From Barthelona sp. PCE (Eukaryota), in the NCBI GenBank assembly GCA_040285745.1, contig JAUFOR010000005.1:434001-498000 (forward strand): 64,000 nucleotides of DNA, given 5' to 3'. Made by a program: the position numbers and the translations under genes. This document shows, in pieces, positions 19,792-29,433 of the stretch (position 1 is the stretch's first letter; each line of letters starts with the position of its first letter). The notes beneath the pieces are model-generated. The model saw nothing but the letters and a program-made list of their open reading frames with translations, was not told the DNA's origin and ran no database searches.

Positions 19792-21312
19792 CTAACCAAA
19801 GTTGCAATCTAACGGTGTCCATTGTAGTTCAATGAAGAACTCTCCAGAATTTGACGGGGGGCACTCTAAAATAACTTCAAATTGGTTAAACTTTGTTACA
19901 CTACAAGCCATATGACTATTAACCAATAAATCGATTTTGTTTCCCACCTTGAAGATAAAATCACCACCCTTTGATGTGAACTTGATCATTGAATGTCCTT
20001 TACGGACATCAGTTACCATAGATGTAATATTACCACTAGCAGCGTGAGCATGTGGTCTAAAAAGCACATCTGACTTGCACTGCTGGAAGGAATACTTTCC
20101 TTGCACATCATCGATGTACCACAGACCCTCATAAGCACCGAGATATCCGCTTGCAGTTGTCGGGTCATTCAGACTCTTATATGACCAGTATGCTGTACTC
20201 ACTAACATAGCATCAGCGCCATTCATGACCCTCTCCATGTCTCTGAGGGAGGCGGGATCGTCCCATACAGCACCGAATTCTGTTAAAAACTGACCACTAC
20301 CTAATTTCTTAATATCATTTTGATGAATAGAAAAAGCTTCTAACTCTTGTAGAGCACACTTCGCATCATTGATTGGGATACCCTTATCATTGATGGCTAC
20401 AGTACAATAAACATGAAAAGAATAAGCGATACGATCCCAAGGTAAATCATCGACTAAGAAACCACTAGGAAGGATATCTGCAGCCACAGGTTCAAGGAAA
20501 AGAATGGCGTCAGGGTCGATCCTGTAAACTGCTCGAGCAACCTTTTTGTACAAAGGCATTAGATTTTCATGATCGGCAGCGCCTGGTTTGAGTAAATGTG
20601 GTTTGTTAAAGATATCACCAATGAATGGTTCGTTGATGATCTCATAACCCAGCGTATAATCACAATTCCTAAGGTGTTTAACGACAGCTGTCCACATATT
20701 AACAAAATGTTCTTGTATGTTATTAATATTATCATATAAAGCTTGCCAAAGCTCAGATTGTGCGAAAGACATATAGTAGTCCCCAAACATATGCTTTAAA
20801 CATATTTCTTTAGGAATTAAACCATCATCATTTCTTTCAAAACGTGGAAATCTTGGTTCAGGAAATGACGTAACATTGACATTAACAAAAGGTGCCAGCC
20901 ATTTGCAGCCCTCTCCACACATCTGATCAGTTAGGAGATCTTGATGTAAATCGATAATGGAATATATTCCGTAATTTCCTGCTAGGTCAACAATGTTCTT
21001 GATGTTATCCAGATATTTGTAATCAATGTGACCCGGGGATGGCTCTACACCTGACCAAATTATGCCAAGACGAATGACAGTGATACCCTGTTGTTGCATA
21101 AACAGAAAATCGTGTTCGTTTAGGGACATGGATGCGCTCCACTGCTTAGTTTTGTAGTCAGGATAGTATGGGGGGTTCTTTTGGACTACATTGACGCCTC
21201 TAAAGACAATGTCCCTATTTAAGTGATCGTAGAAACGACCATTTCGCATAGTAATCCGTTTAGAAGTTGCTAAAATAAGAAGAAAAGCAATTATGCAAAA
21301 CAAAAGCTTCAT
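19792..21312 (-). CDS. Secreted glycoside hydrolase family 5, endoglycoceramidase-like
   Basis: Signal peptide; FRGVNVV, IRLGIIWSGVEP, IIDLHQD, GYEIINEP (acid/base Glu), SFHVYC, FLTEFG (nucleophile Glu). Confidence 0.9.
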   Translation of the reverse strand: MKLLFCIIAFLLILATSKRITMRNGRFYDHLNRDIVFRGVNVVQKNPPYYPDYKTKQWSASMSLNEHDFLFMQQQGITVIRLGIIWSGVEPSPGHIDYKYLDNIKNIVDLAGNYGIYSIIDLHQDLLTDQMCGEGCKWLAPFVNVNVTSFPEPRFPRFERNDDGLIPKEICLKHMFGDYYMSFAQSELWQALYDNINNIQEHFVNMWTAVVKHLRNCDYTLGYEIINEPFIGDIFNKPHLLKPGAADHENLMPLYKKVARAVYRIDPDAILFLEPVAADILPSGFLVDDLPWDRIAYSFHVYCTVAINDKGIPINDAKCALQELEAFSIHQNDIKKLGSGQFLTEFGAVWDDPASLRDMERVMNGADAMLVSTAYWSYKSLNDPTTASGYLGAYEGLWYIDDVQGKYSFQQCKSDVLFRPHAHAASGNITSMVTDVRKGHSMIKFTSKGGDFIFKVGNKIDLLVNSHMACSVTKFNQFEVILECPPSNSGEFFIELQWTPLDCNFG

Positions 21313-21701
21313 AAAACAAAAGGGTTAAGAGAAAAGGGAGAAACAATTATTTACACTCAATGATGACGTGGAATACTGCGAAAAGGAATTGTGTGGGGTG
21401 TACATGCATTGTAGTTGACATATAAACCTATCGAACAAGCAGAATGGCAAAATTTATTAGTTTTAAATTGCTATTGAGAACATAATATGTTGGCACTGAG
21501 CCGGAATTAAGATTAAAAATCATTATCAACTTCGAACGAGGTTCTAGATACAAAGAATGTCACTAGAGACGTAAATGACCAAGCGAAGAAGTCACTGGAG
21601 TCTAACCACAACAAGGATTCAGATTTTAATCGTGTAAAGCATACACCGTACACTTAAATCTTGAATACATTGTTGAAAAGGTATTAATTGATTAAGTTAC
21701 T

Positions 21702-21999
21702 TCTGGAAACGCATCCACTTTCACTGCTCTTTGTGGCACGGCAATTGGATGCCATAATGTGCGTTTAGCAGATGAAAGTTAGCGTATATGTTTATAACGG
21801 GAGTAACATTTTATTACTGTTTATGGCTTGATCCGCGAATAAAATACGTGCGATTAAGTACATGAGCTCAGCGGCCCCCGAATTATGTTGATGGTTTTTG
21901 ATGAAGGCTTCCAAAGAAAATGAGCCTATTTTATGAGTGAGCTTACAATTTTGGCTTTATATTTGGTAAGAAGAGAGAATGAGAGTGGATGTCTCCAGA
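21702..21999 (+). ncRNA. Candidate ~300-nt multibranched structured RNA (unassigned)
   Basis: Terminal helix 21702-21732/21970-21999 encloses stems 21733-38/21750-55, 21757-65/21781-89, 21792-21806/21814-26, 21827-37/21847-58, 21863-70/21938-45 and 21905-10/21922-27. Non-Watson-Crick pairs are mostly G-U on the + strand. Confidence 0.5.
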
Positions 22000-22220
22000 T
22001 AGAATTAGAAAATGTATATTGCTAATGTTTTTGGAAAAAATGTCCACATGACACAGCATCCATTCATTCCACGTCGGTAAACATTAATAATCTAGAATAT
22101 ATGCGCTGGTGAGCAGGTTGATTTGATGAAATTGGCTTCTTCCAATATTTCCTCTTGTATTACGGTTTTTGAACCTTTTAAACTTCTTTTTTTGTCTCTT
22201 TTATTATCAACACACCCATT

Positions 22221-22892
22221 ATGTTGCCCCTTCAACCAGGTGAAGCCGAACTCGCTCGTGCCGACAATGTTACATTCGAAGTCGATCAATTCGGCGATGG
22301 CAAAGGTACAATTGTCATCAGCAATCTCAGAATATTCCTACAAGTGTCCTCAGGTAATATGAGCAACCTTGTCATTCCTTTCTGCAACATAAATCCAGAT
22401 TCTGCACGCTTTGATCAACCTCTTTTTGGTTCTAATGTTATCAAGGGTACCTTCCTAGCTGCCGGCAGCGGATCACATGAGTTTTCAGTCTTTTTTAAGG
22501 GAACTGGAGCCTCACGTGTTGCACGTGCATTTCTTCGTACAGTTAGACAAGCTCGTCAAACAATGCAACAGCCCCAGTACCAGCCCCAGCCAATGGTCAT
22601 GCCCCAACCTATGGTTACATCACAACCTGTTCCTATGACTGTTAATATGCCAGGAACTTTGGGCACTGGTTATGCTGTTCCTCAATCTAACGTTGTCTAT
22701 GTCCAGCAGCAAACTCAGCAACCCATGCCTCAGGTCGCCTATGCAACTGTTCCTGTTGCACCTCAAGCACCTCAAGCACCTCAAATGCAACCTCAAATGC
22801 AGCCTCAAATGCAACCTCAAATGCAAATGCAGACTCAGCAGCCCCTGTCTGCCGCTTATCCGAGCATTCCTGTGTACCAACCAGGATATTAA
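22221..22892 (+). CDS. WBP2-like GRAM/PH-domain protein with Pro/Gln-rich tail
   Basis: GKGTIVISNLRIF, FDQPLFGSNVIKG, FSVFFKGTGA match the WBP2 GRAM pattern. Confidence 0.75.
   Translation: MLPLQPGEAELARADNVTFEVDQFGDGKGTIVISNLRIFLQVSSGNMSNLVIPFCNINPDSARFDQPLFGSNVIKGTFLAAGSGSHEFSVFFKGTGASRVARAFLRTVRQARQTMQQPQYQPQPMVMPQPMVTSQPVPMTVNMPGTLGTGYAVPQSNVVYVQQQTQQPMPQVAYATVPVAPQAPQAPQMQPQMQPQMQPQMQMQTQQPLSAAYPSIPVYQPGY
22758..22830 (+). repeat. Coding tandem repeats (APQ)x3 then (MQPQ)x3
   Basis: gcacctcaa x3 followed by atgcarcctcaa units. Confidence 0.8.
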
Positions 22893-23044
22893 ATTGATAA
22901 TAACTGGTTTTTATAGTAGTAGTTGGAGTTTTTCTAACGTGTAAATAAGTCTTTTTAAAGGGATTTGATTTCTAAGACATTGAAATACTGTAAAGAATAG
23001 TTTGTTATTGCAAATTTCACCTTATCTTCCAGACTGATGCAGAA

Positions 23045-26000
23045 ATGAGCCATTCATCATCAAGGTTTGGGAGCGCTGCGTCGTCTTCACGATTCGATAG
23101 CGCATCATCAAGCTCAGACGAAGAATCAGAAGTGTCAGAAGTATTTGATGCCAGTAAGTATTCAGAGAGCGAGATAATTCTTGCAACACACACAGGAGTG
23201 CATCCCGATAACCTGAAAACGGTAGAAAGTATCGATCTTTGTATGTTGCCAAGATTTTGTGATTTTTCAATGTTTAAACAGCTAATTTCAGTTGTTTTAA
23301 TCAATTCACCGTTTGTACCGTTCAATCCAATGCCAAATCTGAGGGAATTAACCATTATGGATACAACCCTTAATGATGTAACTTGTATAGGTGGTTGCAT
23401 AAACTTGCGTAAGCTTGTTATATGTGGCAATGGCGTCCGTGATCTCCGGCCCCTCAAGCGTCTTAAGCAATTGGAGTATTTGGACGTCTGTGACAATGAA
23501 ATAGATTCTATAGATGGTTTAGGATCATTGTCTTCGTTAACATTCTTAAATGTAGCTAATAATAACATCTCTGATGTCATGCCAATCACAACATGTGTTT
23601 CATTACGGGAGTTAAATCTCAGTGGTAATAATATCAATACTTTTAGTCACCTTTCGCGTTTATCAGTCTTACCATTACAATCATTGATATTGCAACATCC
23701 AATGTGGGGTCATAATGGAGTTTGTAAGTTAGCAAATTATCAGATATTTTGTCAATTATATCTTAATCAATTAAAATTTTTAGATACCAAACCAATTCAA
23801 GAGAATTTCCAATCTAATCAAATGTTTCAAAAGAAATTACTTTATTATAGTATGAAAATTGTATATTTTAATGTTAAACAATTAAATTTAGAATCAGTTA
23901 AAAAGAAATTGTTTAATTATTTCGATAATTTATTTAATTCCATTTATAATCGTTATTTATTTAATTTCCATTCAATTTTCTTTAAATTACTTCCATTTTT
24001 AAATTTTGAAGCTAATGATAAAGAATTTGAATTACTTTTAGTGAAGTTTTTAAACAATGAAAAGTGTTTAGATTTTTTTCATTTTATAAGCAATAATCTT
24101 TCAGTATCTAATCTTTTAGTTGGTTTTGATCAAGATGATGTGGACGAGACCAAGAATTTAGCTCATAAAATGGTCGATTTATGTACTTTATATGATGCTC
24201 AAACTTTGTTGAATCGTAAAATTGATGTTTTTGCTCATATGATCATCAATGAACTTAAAAGAAGAGTATTATTAGAGTTACATTCAGGCGGGAATCTAAA
24301 ATTCAGTGTTGATGATCGTCATGTTGTTGCTGCATTAGTAGATAACGTTGATTTTGGCCATTTAGTAACGCAAGGAATTTTAGGCATTCGAGCATTATTT
24401 CAGGAACATATCTATAACAAATTCCTAAAGAATTCATACCAGTTGTTCTATGATGAAAATGATACAGTGTCAAATGTTCGTACAATGTTTTTAAATACTG
24501 TAGATACAGAAATTGTTTTTTCAATCGCGGAAGGATCATTTAACCTCCCTGAAATTACTGTTGTTGAATCAATCACAGAATTACTTTTTAATATTGAACC
24601 TACTCAACATATTATTCCGGTTCTTGTTTGTCGTGTAGCAGTAACAGATTTAGAGTTAGGGGCTAAAACGCTAACAATTGAAGCTAATTCACAGCGTATA
24701 CTACCAGAGTACATTGTTTATATCGATGTAATACGTCAGATCAAGCGTAGTATGGATAGTGGATTTATGAAGATTTTATCAGAAACCACCTTGTTTAAAG
24801 AACTTCCACAGTTTCTTTTGGTCAAACCGTTCCTTGAGGAGCACGCTTTCAAACTGAACACAATGTTGAAAGGTGTTAGTTTCTCATCAAAGAGGGAGAA
24901 TAGAAACACTTATCTTCCAATTCAAAACGATACAAGTGTTCGAGTAATGGATTTAAGTTGTTTGGATGCAGATGTATTAGCGCGTCCTATAAATTTACTG
25001 AATTTTTCTTCGTTGAATTATTTATTTCTTAAATTCAATTATCTAAAAGAGACCCCTTCTTTTTTGAATACTTTAGCTCCAAGTCTGGTAGGTCTTGATC
25101 TGAGCAACAATTCTCTTACGGAGTGTAATCTGAAAAACGTTCAATTACCTAAATTGAAGTTCCTCAACGTAAGTAATAATCAGATCGGTGCTTTGGAATC
25201 CATAAAGGTAAGTCATCCAACAGTATTGAAGTTCCTTAACATCGTCAACAACCCGGTTTTGTCCCGCTTGAAGGATCATCTTGTGCTAAACATTGTGACG
25301 ATGCATTTTGCTAATCTTAAACTCTTTAACAATATTATTATCAACGGTAACCAAAGTGAGCAGAACAAGCTCATTGCAAACATCAACGAGACTAACGATA
25401 AGAACCTCCCCAAACCACATTATATCCATCAGATTAGTATGCTTGAGTACCAACAAAACCTGAATTTCACAAATTTTGAAAATTTCGATGTTTATGTTAA
25501 GAATGTCCATTTACCTCTTGTTTCATCTGTCAAGGCGACGACTGAGAACGGGTTCATGAGTATGCGTTCACGAAGTATCTTCCAATTAAGTATTACGAAG
25601 TCAGTTGACCCAAGCATCATGTCTCATGTAAGGTTACTTGATCTCAGTCATAACATCTTGACTTCACTGCATATTGATATTGATCAGATGCCAAACCTTG
25701 CAAACATTGACTTGAGCTATAATAACCTTAATACTCTTAGTTTTTCGAGAAATTCAAATGAAGTGTTGTTTTTGAACGTTTCTCATAACAGTTTCCGTGA
25801 CTGTAATTTCCTTGAATCATTGCCTTCACTCAAGCTGTTAGACATGACAGCTAACGATATGCGGGTGTTTAAACCTCCGATTATGCTGTGCTTGCAGGAA
25901 TTGTATCTGGCGTTCAACATGCTGAGTAACTTTAAGTGGCTTGAGTCAATTTGTGATACAGAGAGTAACAGTAAGCTTATCATTTTAGATGTCAGTAATA

Positions 26001-27031
26001 ACCCATTCCTCAACTTAGCAAACGAAAAGAAGGTTTATGACTGGATAATCTGGCGTTTGCCCCACTTGAGAGTTTTGAACGGGAGCTCCCTTTCACAGGA
26101 CGATCATAACAGAGTGGTGTCTCGATATGATGGTTTCTTATCACATTCACTGCTTCGGACTCGATCTAACGTTCCATTTAATGAAACTTCCAGTTTGAAT
26201 CTTTCCAATCTGAATTTGAGTGATTGCACCACATTATATAAGTGGAACGCTGACCCCAGTGAGTTGATTGTGGGCAGCGGATCGAAGTTCCCAAAGTTAC
26301 AGGTTCTTAATCTGAACAGAAACGTGCTTGATAACTTGGACTTTTTGAAAGAAAACAGTTTTAATAGTTTGGTTGAGCTGAGCGTTAGCCACAATGTTTT
26401 AACCAGCGACACGTTAGGGAGGATAGATGAGAACGGTGAGAAGAGAGGGCTATTTGCAGTTCCTCGACTTGACTGTTTACGAATCACAACAAATAGACTT
26501 TCCTCGCTAGATAATCTTGATTTAGCTTTCTATTTACCCCATTTACGAACTCTGAACCTCGCACATAACCGTGTCAATAAGCTGAAGTTTATCAGCGGGT
26601 TCAAAAAACTGAGAGAACTCAGCTTGGACCAAAATTCTATTCGAGATATTCCACGTGATACTTTTGAGAATGTTCCTTTACGAGAGTTACGTATTTCAGG
26701 AAACCCTATCCAGAGCCTTTCTTTCCTTCAGAATTGTTCAGTATTGCGCGTTTTTATAGCAAAGGACACAAATATCGAAAGTTTTGAAGAATTGCATCAT
26801 ATGAGGTATTGCCCTTTGAAAAAAGGTCAGTTCATGGGTTCCCCAGTCTCCAGACGTTCACTGTACGAGGCTGTTGTACTTTCTAATGCACCCAATTTAC
26901 GTATTTTGGATGATCATGAGATAACTGCAGAGGATCACACAAATGCACAAGAAGCCATAAGCCTTGTCAGTTTGGCGCCTGTGCGTGTAAGTTCTCTTTC
27001 TTTAGATATTGGAATTCATCGCAGATATTAG
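23045..27031 (+). CDS. Leucine-rich repeat protein, LRRC9-like
   Basis: N- and C-terminal LRR blocks (LxxLxLxxN). Central LELHSGGNLKF and ILPEYIV motifs as in LRRC9. Confidence 0.7.
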   Translation: MSHSSSRFGSAASSSRFDSASSSSDEESEVSEVFDASKYSESEIILATHTGVHPDNLKTVESIDLCMLPRFCDFSMFKQLISVVLINSPFVPFNPMPNLRELTIMDTTLNDVTCIGGCINLRKLVICGNGVRDLRPLKRLKQLEYLDVCDNEIDSIDGLGSLSSLTFLNVANNNISDVMPITTCVSLRELNLSGNNINTFSHLSRLSVLPLQSLILQHPMWGHNGVCKLANYQIFCQLYLNQLKFLDTKPIQENFQSNQMFQKKLLYYSMKIVYFNVKQLNLESVKKKLFNYFDNLFNSIYNRYLFNFHSIFFKLLPFLNFEANDKEFELLLVKFLNNEKCLDFFHFISNNLSVSNLLVGFDQDDVDETKNLAHKMVDLCTLYDAQTLLNRKIDVFAHMIINELKRRVLLELHSGGNLKFSVDDRHVVAALVDNVDFGHLVTQGILGIRALFQEHIYNKFLKNSYQLFYDENDTVSNVRTMFLNTVDTEIVFSIAEGSFNLPEITVVESITELLFNIEPTQHIIPVLVCRVAVTDLELGAKTLTIEANSQRILPEYIVYIDVIRQIKRSMDSGFMKILSETTLFKELPQFLLVKPFLEEHAFKLNTMLKGVSFSSKRENRNTYLPIQNDTSVRVMDLSCLDADVLARPINLLNFSSLNYLFLKFNYLKETPSFLNTLAPSLVGLDLSNNSLTECNLKNVQLPKLKFLNVSNNQIGALESIKVSHPTVLKFLNIVNNPVLSRLKDHLVLNIVTMHFANLKLFNNIIINGNQSEQNKLIANINETNDKNLPKPHYIHQISMLEYQQNLNFTNFENFDVYVKNVHLPLVSSVKATTENGFMSMRSRSIFQLSITKSVDPSIMSHVRLLDLSHNILTSLHIDIDQMPNLANIDLSYNNLNTLSFSRNSNEVLFLNVSHNSFRDCNFLESLPSLKLLDMTANDMRVFKPPIMLCLQELYLAFNMLSNFKWLESICDTESNSKLIILDVSNNPFLNLANEKKVYDWIIWRLPHLRVLNGSSLSQDDHNRVVSRYDGFLSHSLLRTRSNVPFNETSSLNLSNLNLSDCTTLYKWNADPSELIVGSGSKFPKLQVLNLNRNVLDNLDFLKENSFNSLVELSVSHNVLTSDTLGRIDENGEKRGLFAVPRLDCLRITTNRLSSLDNLDLAFYLPHLRTLNLAHNRVNKLKFISGFKKLRELSLDQNSIRDIPRDTFENVPLRELRISGNPIQSLSFLQNCSVLRVFIAKDTNIESFEELHHMRYCPLKKGQFMGSPVSRRSLYEAVVLSNAPNLRILDDHEITAEDHTNAQEAISLVSLAPVRVSSLSLDIGIHRRY

Positions 27032-27089
27032 TAAACCGCTTTTTGGTTTTTCTTCTTTTTCTTATTATTTATTGATTAATTATGGGTAT

Positions 27090-27953
27090 ATGAATCATTC
27101 GAAGTTGTTACTTATTACATTAATTGGGTTGTTGTTGGTATTTTCCATCGTTCCGTTCATATCAGGTTGGTTTGTCAGCATTGTACGCTTTCTATCATTT
27201 TTTAGGCTACAATACAGAGAGGAAATGTTTATTCCAATTGCAGACAAGATCAGTGAACCTAAATTATTGTTCAATTCTTCCATAGTTAATGTTTTTGGGG
27301 TTTATAGCAAAGGAAACTTTGTTTATGATGCAGAAACGGTAAGTCCCAGCGATTGTAACGGTTTAATGGTTGAAACCGTTACATTTGGAAAACAGAAACC
27401 AGAATATGGTGATTTTCACATTTTTTCAAAATGTATTTTCATTGATCGATCTGATTTTGACTTTAAAGCAGAGGTAAAGCACGCCAGGGATCTCATAGGG
27501 GTACGACATTTATTCCCAAATAGTGGAAAATTCAATTTTGTTATTGAAGTATGTGAAGCTTCAATTTATGATAAAAAAGTCTTTTCTTCTGATGACATAC
27601 ATATATATTTTACAAAAACACCCCTAGAACGACCATTTGAGAGACTTTCACAAACCAAAGTAGCTGTATGTTCATTTTATAACAGTATGCAAAAAGTATC
27701 AGTAATTAAAAGGTATAGAAATATTCAAAATTGGGACTGTGTGTCTTCTCTCATAAGACTCAGTGCCCTAAGCGCACCTTTAGAGATAAGTAATGAAGTT
27801 GTTAGTGTTAGTAGTGAATTTCTGGATGTAGACTGTTTTGATAGTGTTGAGACTACGTTAGAAGACAAAATAACGCTGTATGGGACGTTTTTGATACCAA
27901 TTTTGATATTATTAATAGGGATGGGATATGAAAAATTTGTGAAACCAAATTAA
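27090..27953 (+). CDS. Two-TM membrane protein, possibly a reduced GPI-transamidase PIG-S-like subunit
   Basis: N- and C-terminal TM helices; C-terminal EDKITLYGTFLIPI resembles the PIG-S tail; KxKxx-like end (KFVKPN). First ATG at 27090. Confidence 0.35.
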   Translation: MNHSKLLLITLIGLLLVFSIVPFISGWFVSIVRFLSFFRLQYREEMFIPIADKISEPKLLFNSSIVNVFGVYSKGNFVYDAETVSPSDCNGLMVETVTFGKQKPEYGDFHIFSKCIFIDRSDFDFKAEVKHARDLIGVRHLFPNSGKFNFVIEVCEASIYDKKVFSSDDIHIYFTKTPLERPFERLSQTKVAVCSFYNSMQKVSVIKRYRNIQNWDCVSSLIRLSALSAPLEISNEVVSVSSEFLDVDCFDSVETTLEDKITLYGTFLIPILILLIGMGYEKFVKPN

Positions 27954-27985
27954 AACGAATATTTTACATTTTTTACACTTATAAT

Positions 27986-28405
27986 TTAAACTAGAATGTT
28001 TTTAATCTGTTGAGAAAGCTTGGCTTTAATAAAAGTAATGAATTCTTCTTTGGTAATACCGTCAGCATATTCATCAATTTCTTCCTTAACTTCAGGTGAA
28101 ATGCCAAAATCTTCAATGATATTGACAAGACTGGAGTGCGGCAAGCGCTCACTGTGTAAAAGATTAGCAGCATTAAAGTACACTTCGAGATTCTCCTCAC
28201 TAAACATGCTGGTGTAGTCCCCTTGCTCCCTCTTAAGAATGAGTTCGTTCAGCTTGTCGACAAGGAACTGTCTAGGATTCTCTGGCTGCTCCAAAATTAA
28301 AGATTGGAAGCAAATTTGCATAAGAGCATCTACTTGATGCTTTTCTACGTAATTGTGTGCCTTTTCCAGCGTCCTAGGGTCAATTAAATTGTCTTTCTTA
28401 GACAT
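27986..28405 (-). CDS. RIIa-type dimerisation/docking domain + EF-hand-like protein (EFCAB10-like)
   Basis: AHNYVEKHQV..LMQ..LILEQPENPRQFLVDKL; FSEENLEVYF; GITKEEFI. ATG at 28405. Confidence 0.7.
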   Translation of the reverse strand: MSKKDNLIDPRTLEKAHNYVEKHQVDALMQICFQSLILEQPENPRQFLVDKLNELILKREQGDYTSMFSEENLEVYFNAANLLHSERLPHSSLVNIIEDFGISPEVKEEIDEYADGITKEEFITFIKAKLSQQIKNILV

Positions 28406-28476
28406 TTTTTGTATGTATTGGTGGATATAAACGTTAACGCCTTTATTCCTTTTTTCTGTTTGTTTTTTGGTTTTTA

Positions 28477-29427
28477 ATGAGCATTGAGGGCGATGACTAC
28501 TCATCTGCGCCGCCAGATACACCTCACTTACGATCCACAGAGAATTGGCAGAATATTTTTGAAAATTGGGGACAATGGTCAACAGCTGCTGGTAAAAGAA
28601 AGATTATGGAGATGTTGTGTACCAACAGAGGAATTCCAAGCGGGGTCAGAGGCCGCTACTGGTTTATGGCATCCGGAGCGCACGAATTGATGCGCAGAAC
28701 ACCAAATGCAGAAGGACTTTTCGACAAACTGGCGGTTATGCCCCCAACAGAGCACGAGCGAGTGATCAGGGCAGATATTGATCGAACATTTGCTCATCAT
28801 CCAATATTTTCTAACAGTCCGTATCTTCAAGATAGCTTGTATCAATTACTTAACGCATACTGTCACATGGATGACACGATGGGATACACACAGTCAATGA
28901 GTTTTGTAGGAGCTATGCTTTTATTGCACTTGCCGTTAGAACCAGCGTTTTGGACTTTTGCAACATTGTGTCGTCGTCACATGGATTCTTTGTATAAAGA
29001 AGAATTTCAACAAGTTATTCGTGACTCAGCTATATTTAGAATTCTTGCTAAAAAACATTATCGTCGAATTGAACGTTCAATGACTGATTTAAATTTGCAT
29101 CCAACTTTATTAGTTATACGTTGGTTTTTTCCAATTTTTTTAACAACCATTCCCTGGCAGCATTCTTTAAGATTATGGGATATATTTGTCTTAGATGGAA
29201 TGATTACATTGCATAAATGCGGTTTACTATTACTAAAATATTTAAAACCTCGACTTCGAATAATAAGAACTGTTAGCGATATTGCAGTGTTACAACAACC
29301 ACCAAAGGATATATTTCCAGAACCTCATGTCTTTGCTGCTCATTTAATCAGCGATTTCATTACTTGGAAAGACATAATGGATGCCGAACGTGAAGTTGTT
29401 AGTAATCCTGATAAATATACATTGTAA
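28477..29427 (+). CDS. Rab-GAP TBC-domain protein
   Basis: GIPSGVRGRYW, IRADIDRTF (Arg finger), GYTQSMSF (Gln finger), RLWDIF. Confidence 0.92.
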   Translation: MSIEGDDYSSAPPDTPHLRSTENWQNIFENWGQWSTAAGKRKIMEMLCTNRGIPSGVRGRYWFMASGAHELMRRTPNAEGLFDKLAVMPPTEHERVIRADIDRTFAHHPIFSNSPYLQDSLYQLLNAYCHMDDTMGYTQSMSFVGAMLLLHLPLEPAFWTFATLCRRHMDSLYKEEFQQVIRDSAIFRILAKKHYRRIERSMTDLNLHPTLLVIRWFFPIFLTTIPWQHSLRLWDIFVLDGMITLHKCGLLLLKYLKPRLRIIRTVSDIAVLQQPPKDIFPEPHVFAAHLISDFITWKDIMDAEREVVSNPDKYTL

Positions 29428-29433
29428 ATTAAC

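Noticed and set aside
21421-21612. AAACCTA and CTAACCAC as possible telomerase templates
   Set aside because: Neither gives 1.5 copies of a plausible telomeric repeat, and both lie outside the main closed domain.
22016-22086. AUAUUGCUA / AAACAU resembling snR30/U17 m1 and m2 motifs
   Set aside because: Both motifs are mismatched, lie in paired regions and lack a properly placed ACA box.
27009-27031. Apparent CDS overlaps at 27009-27031, 28477-28582 and 42943-42951
   Set aside because: They arise from non-ATG or upstream starts in the ORF track and vanish with the likely ATG starts.
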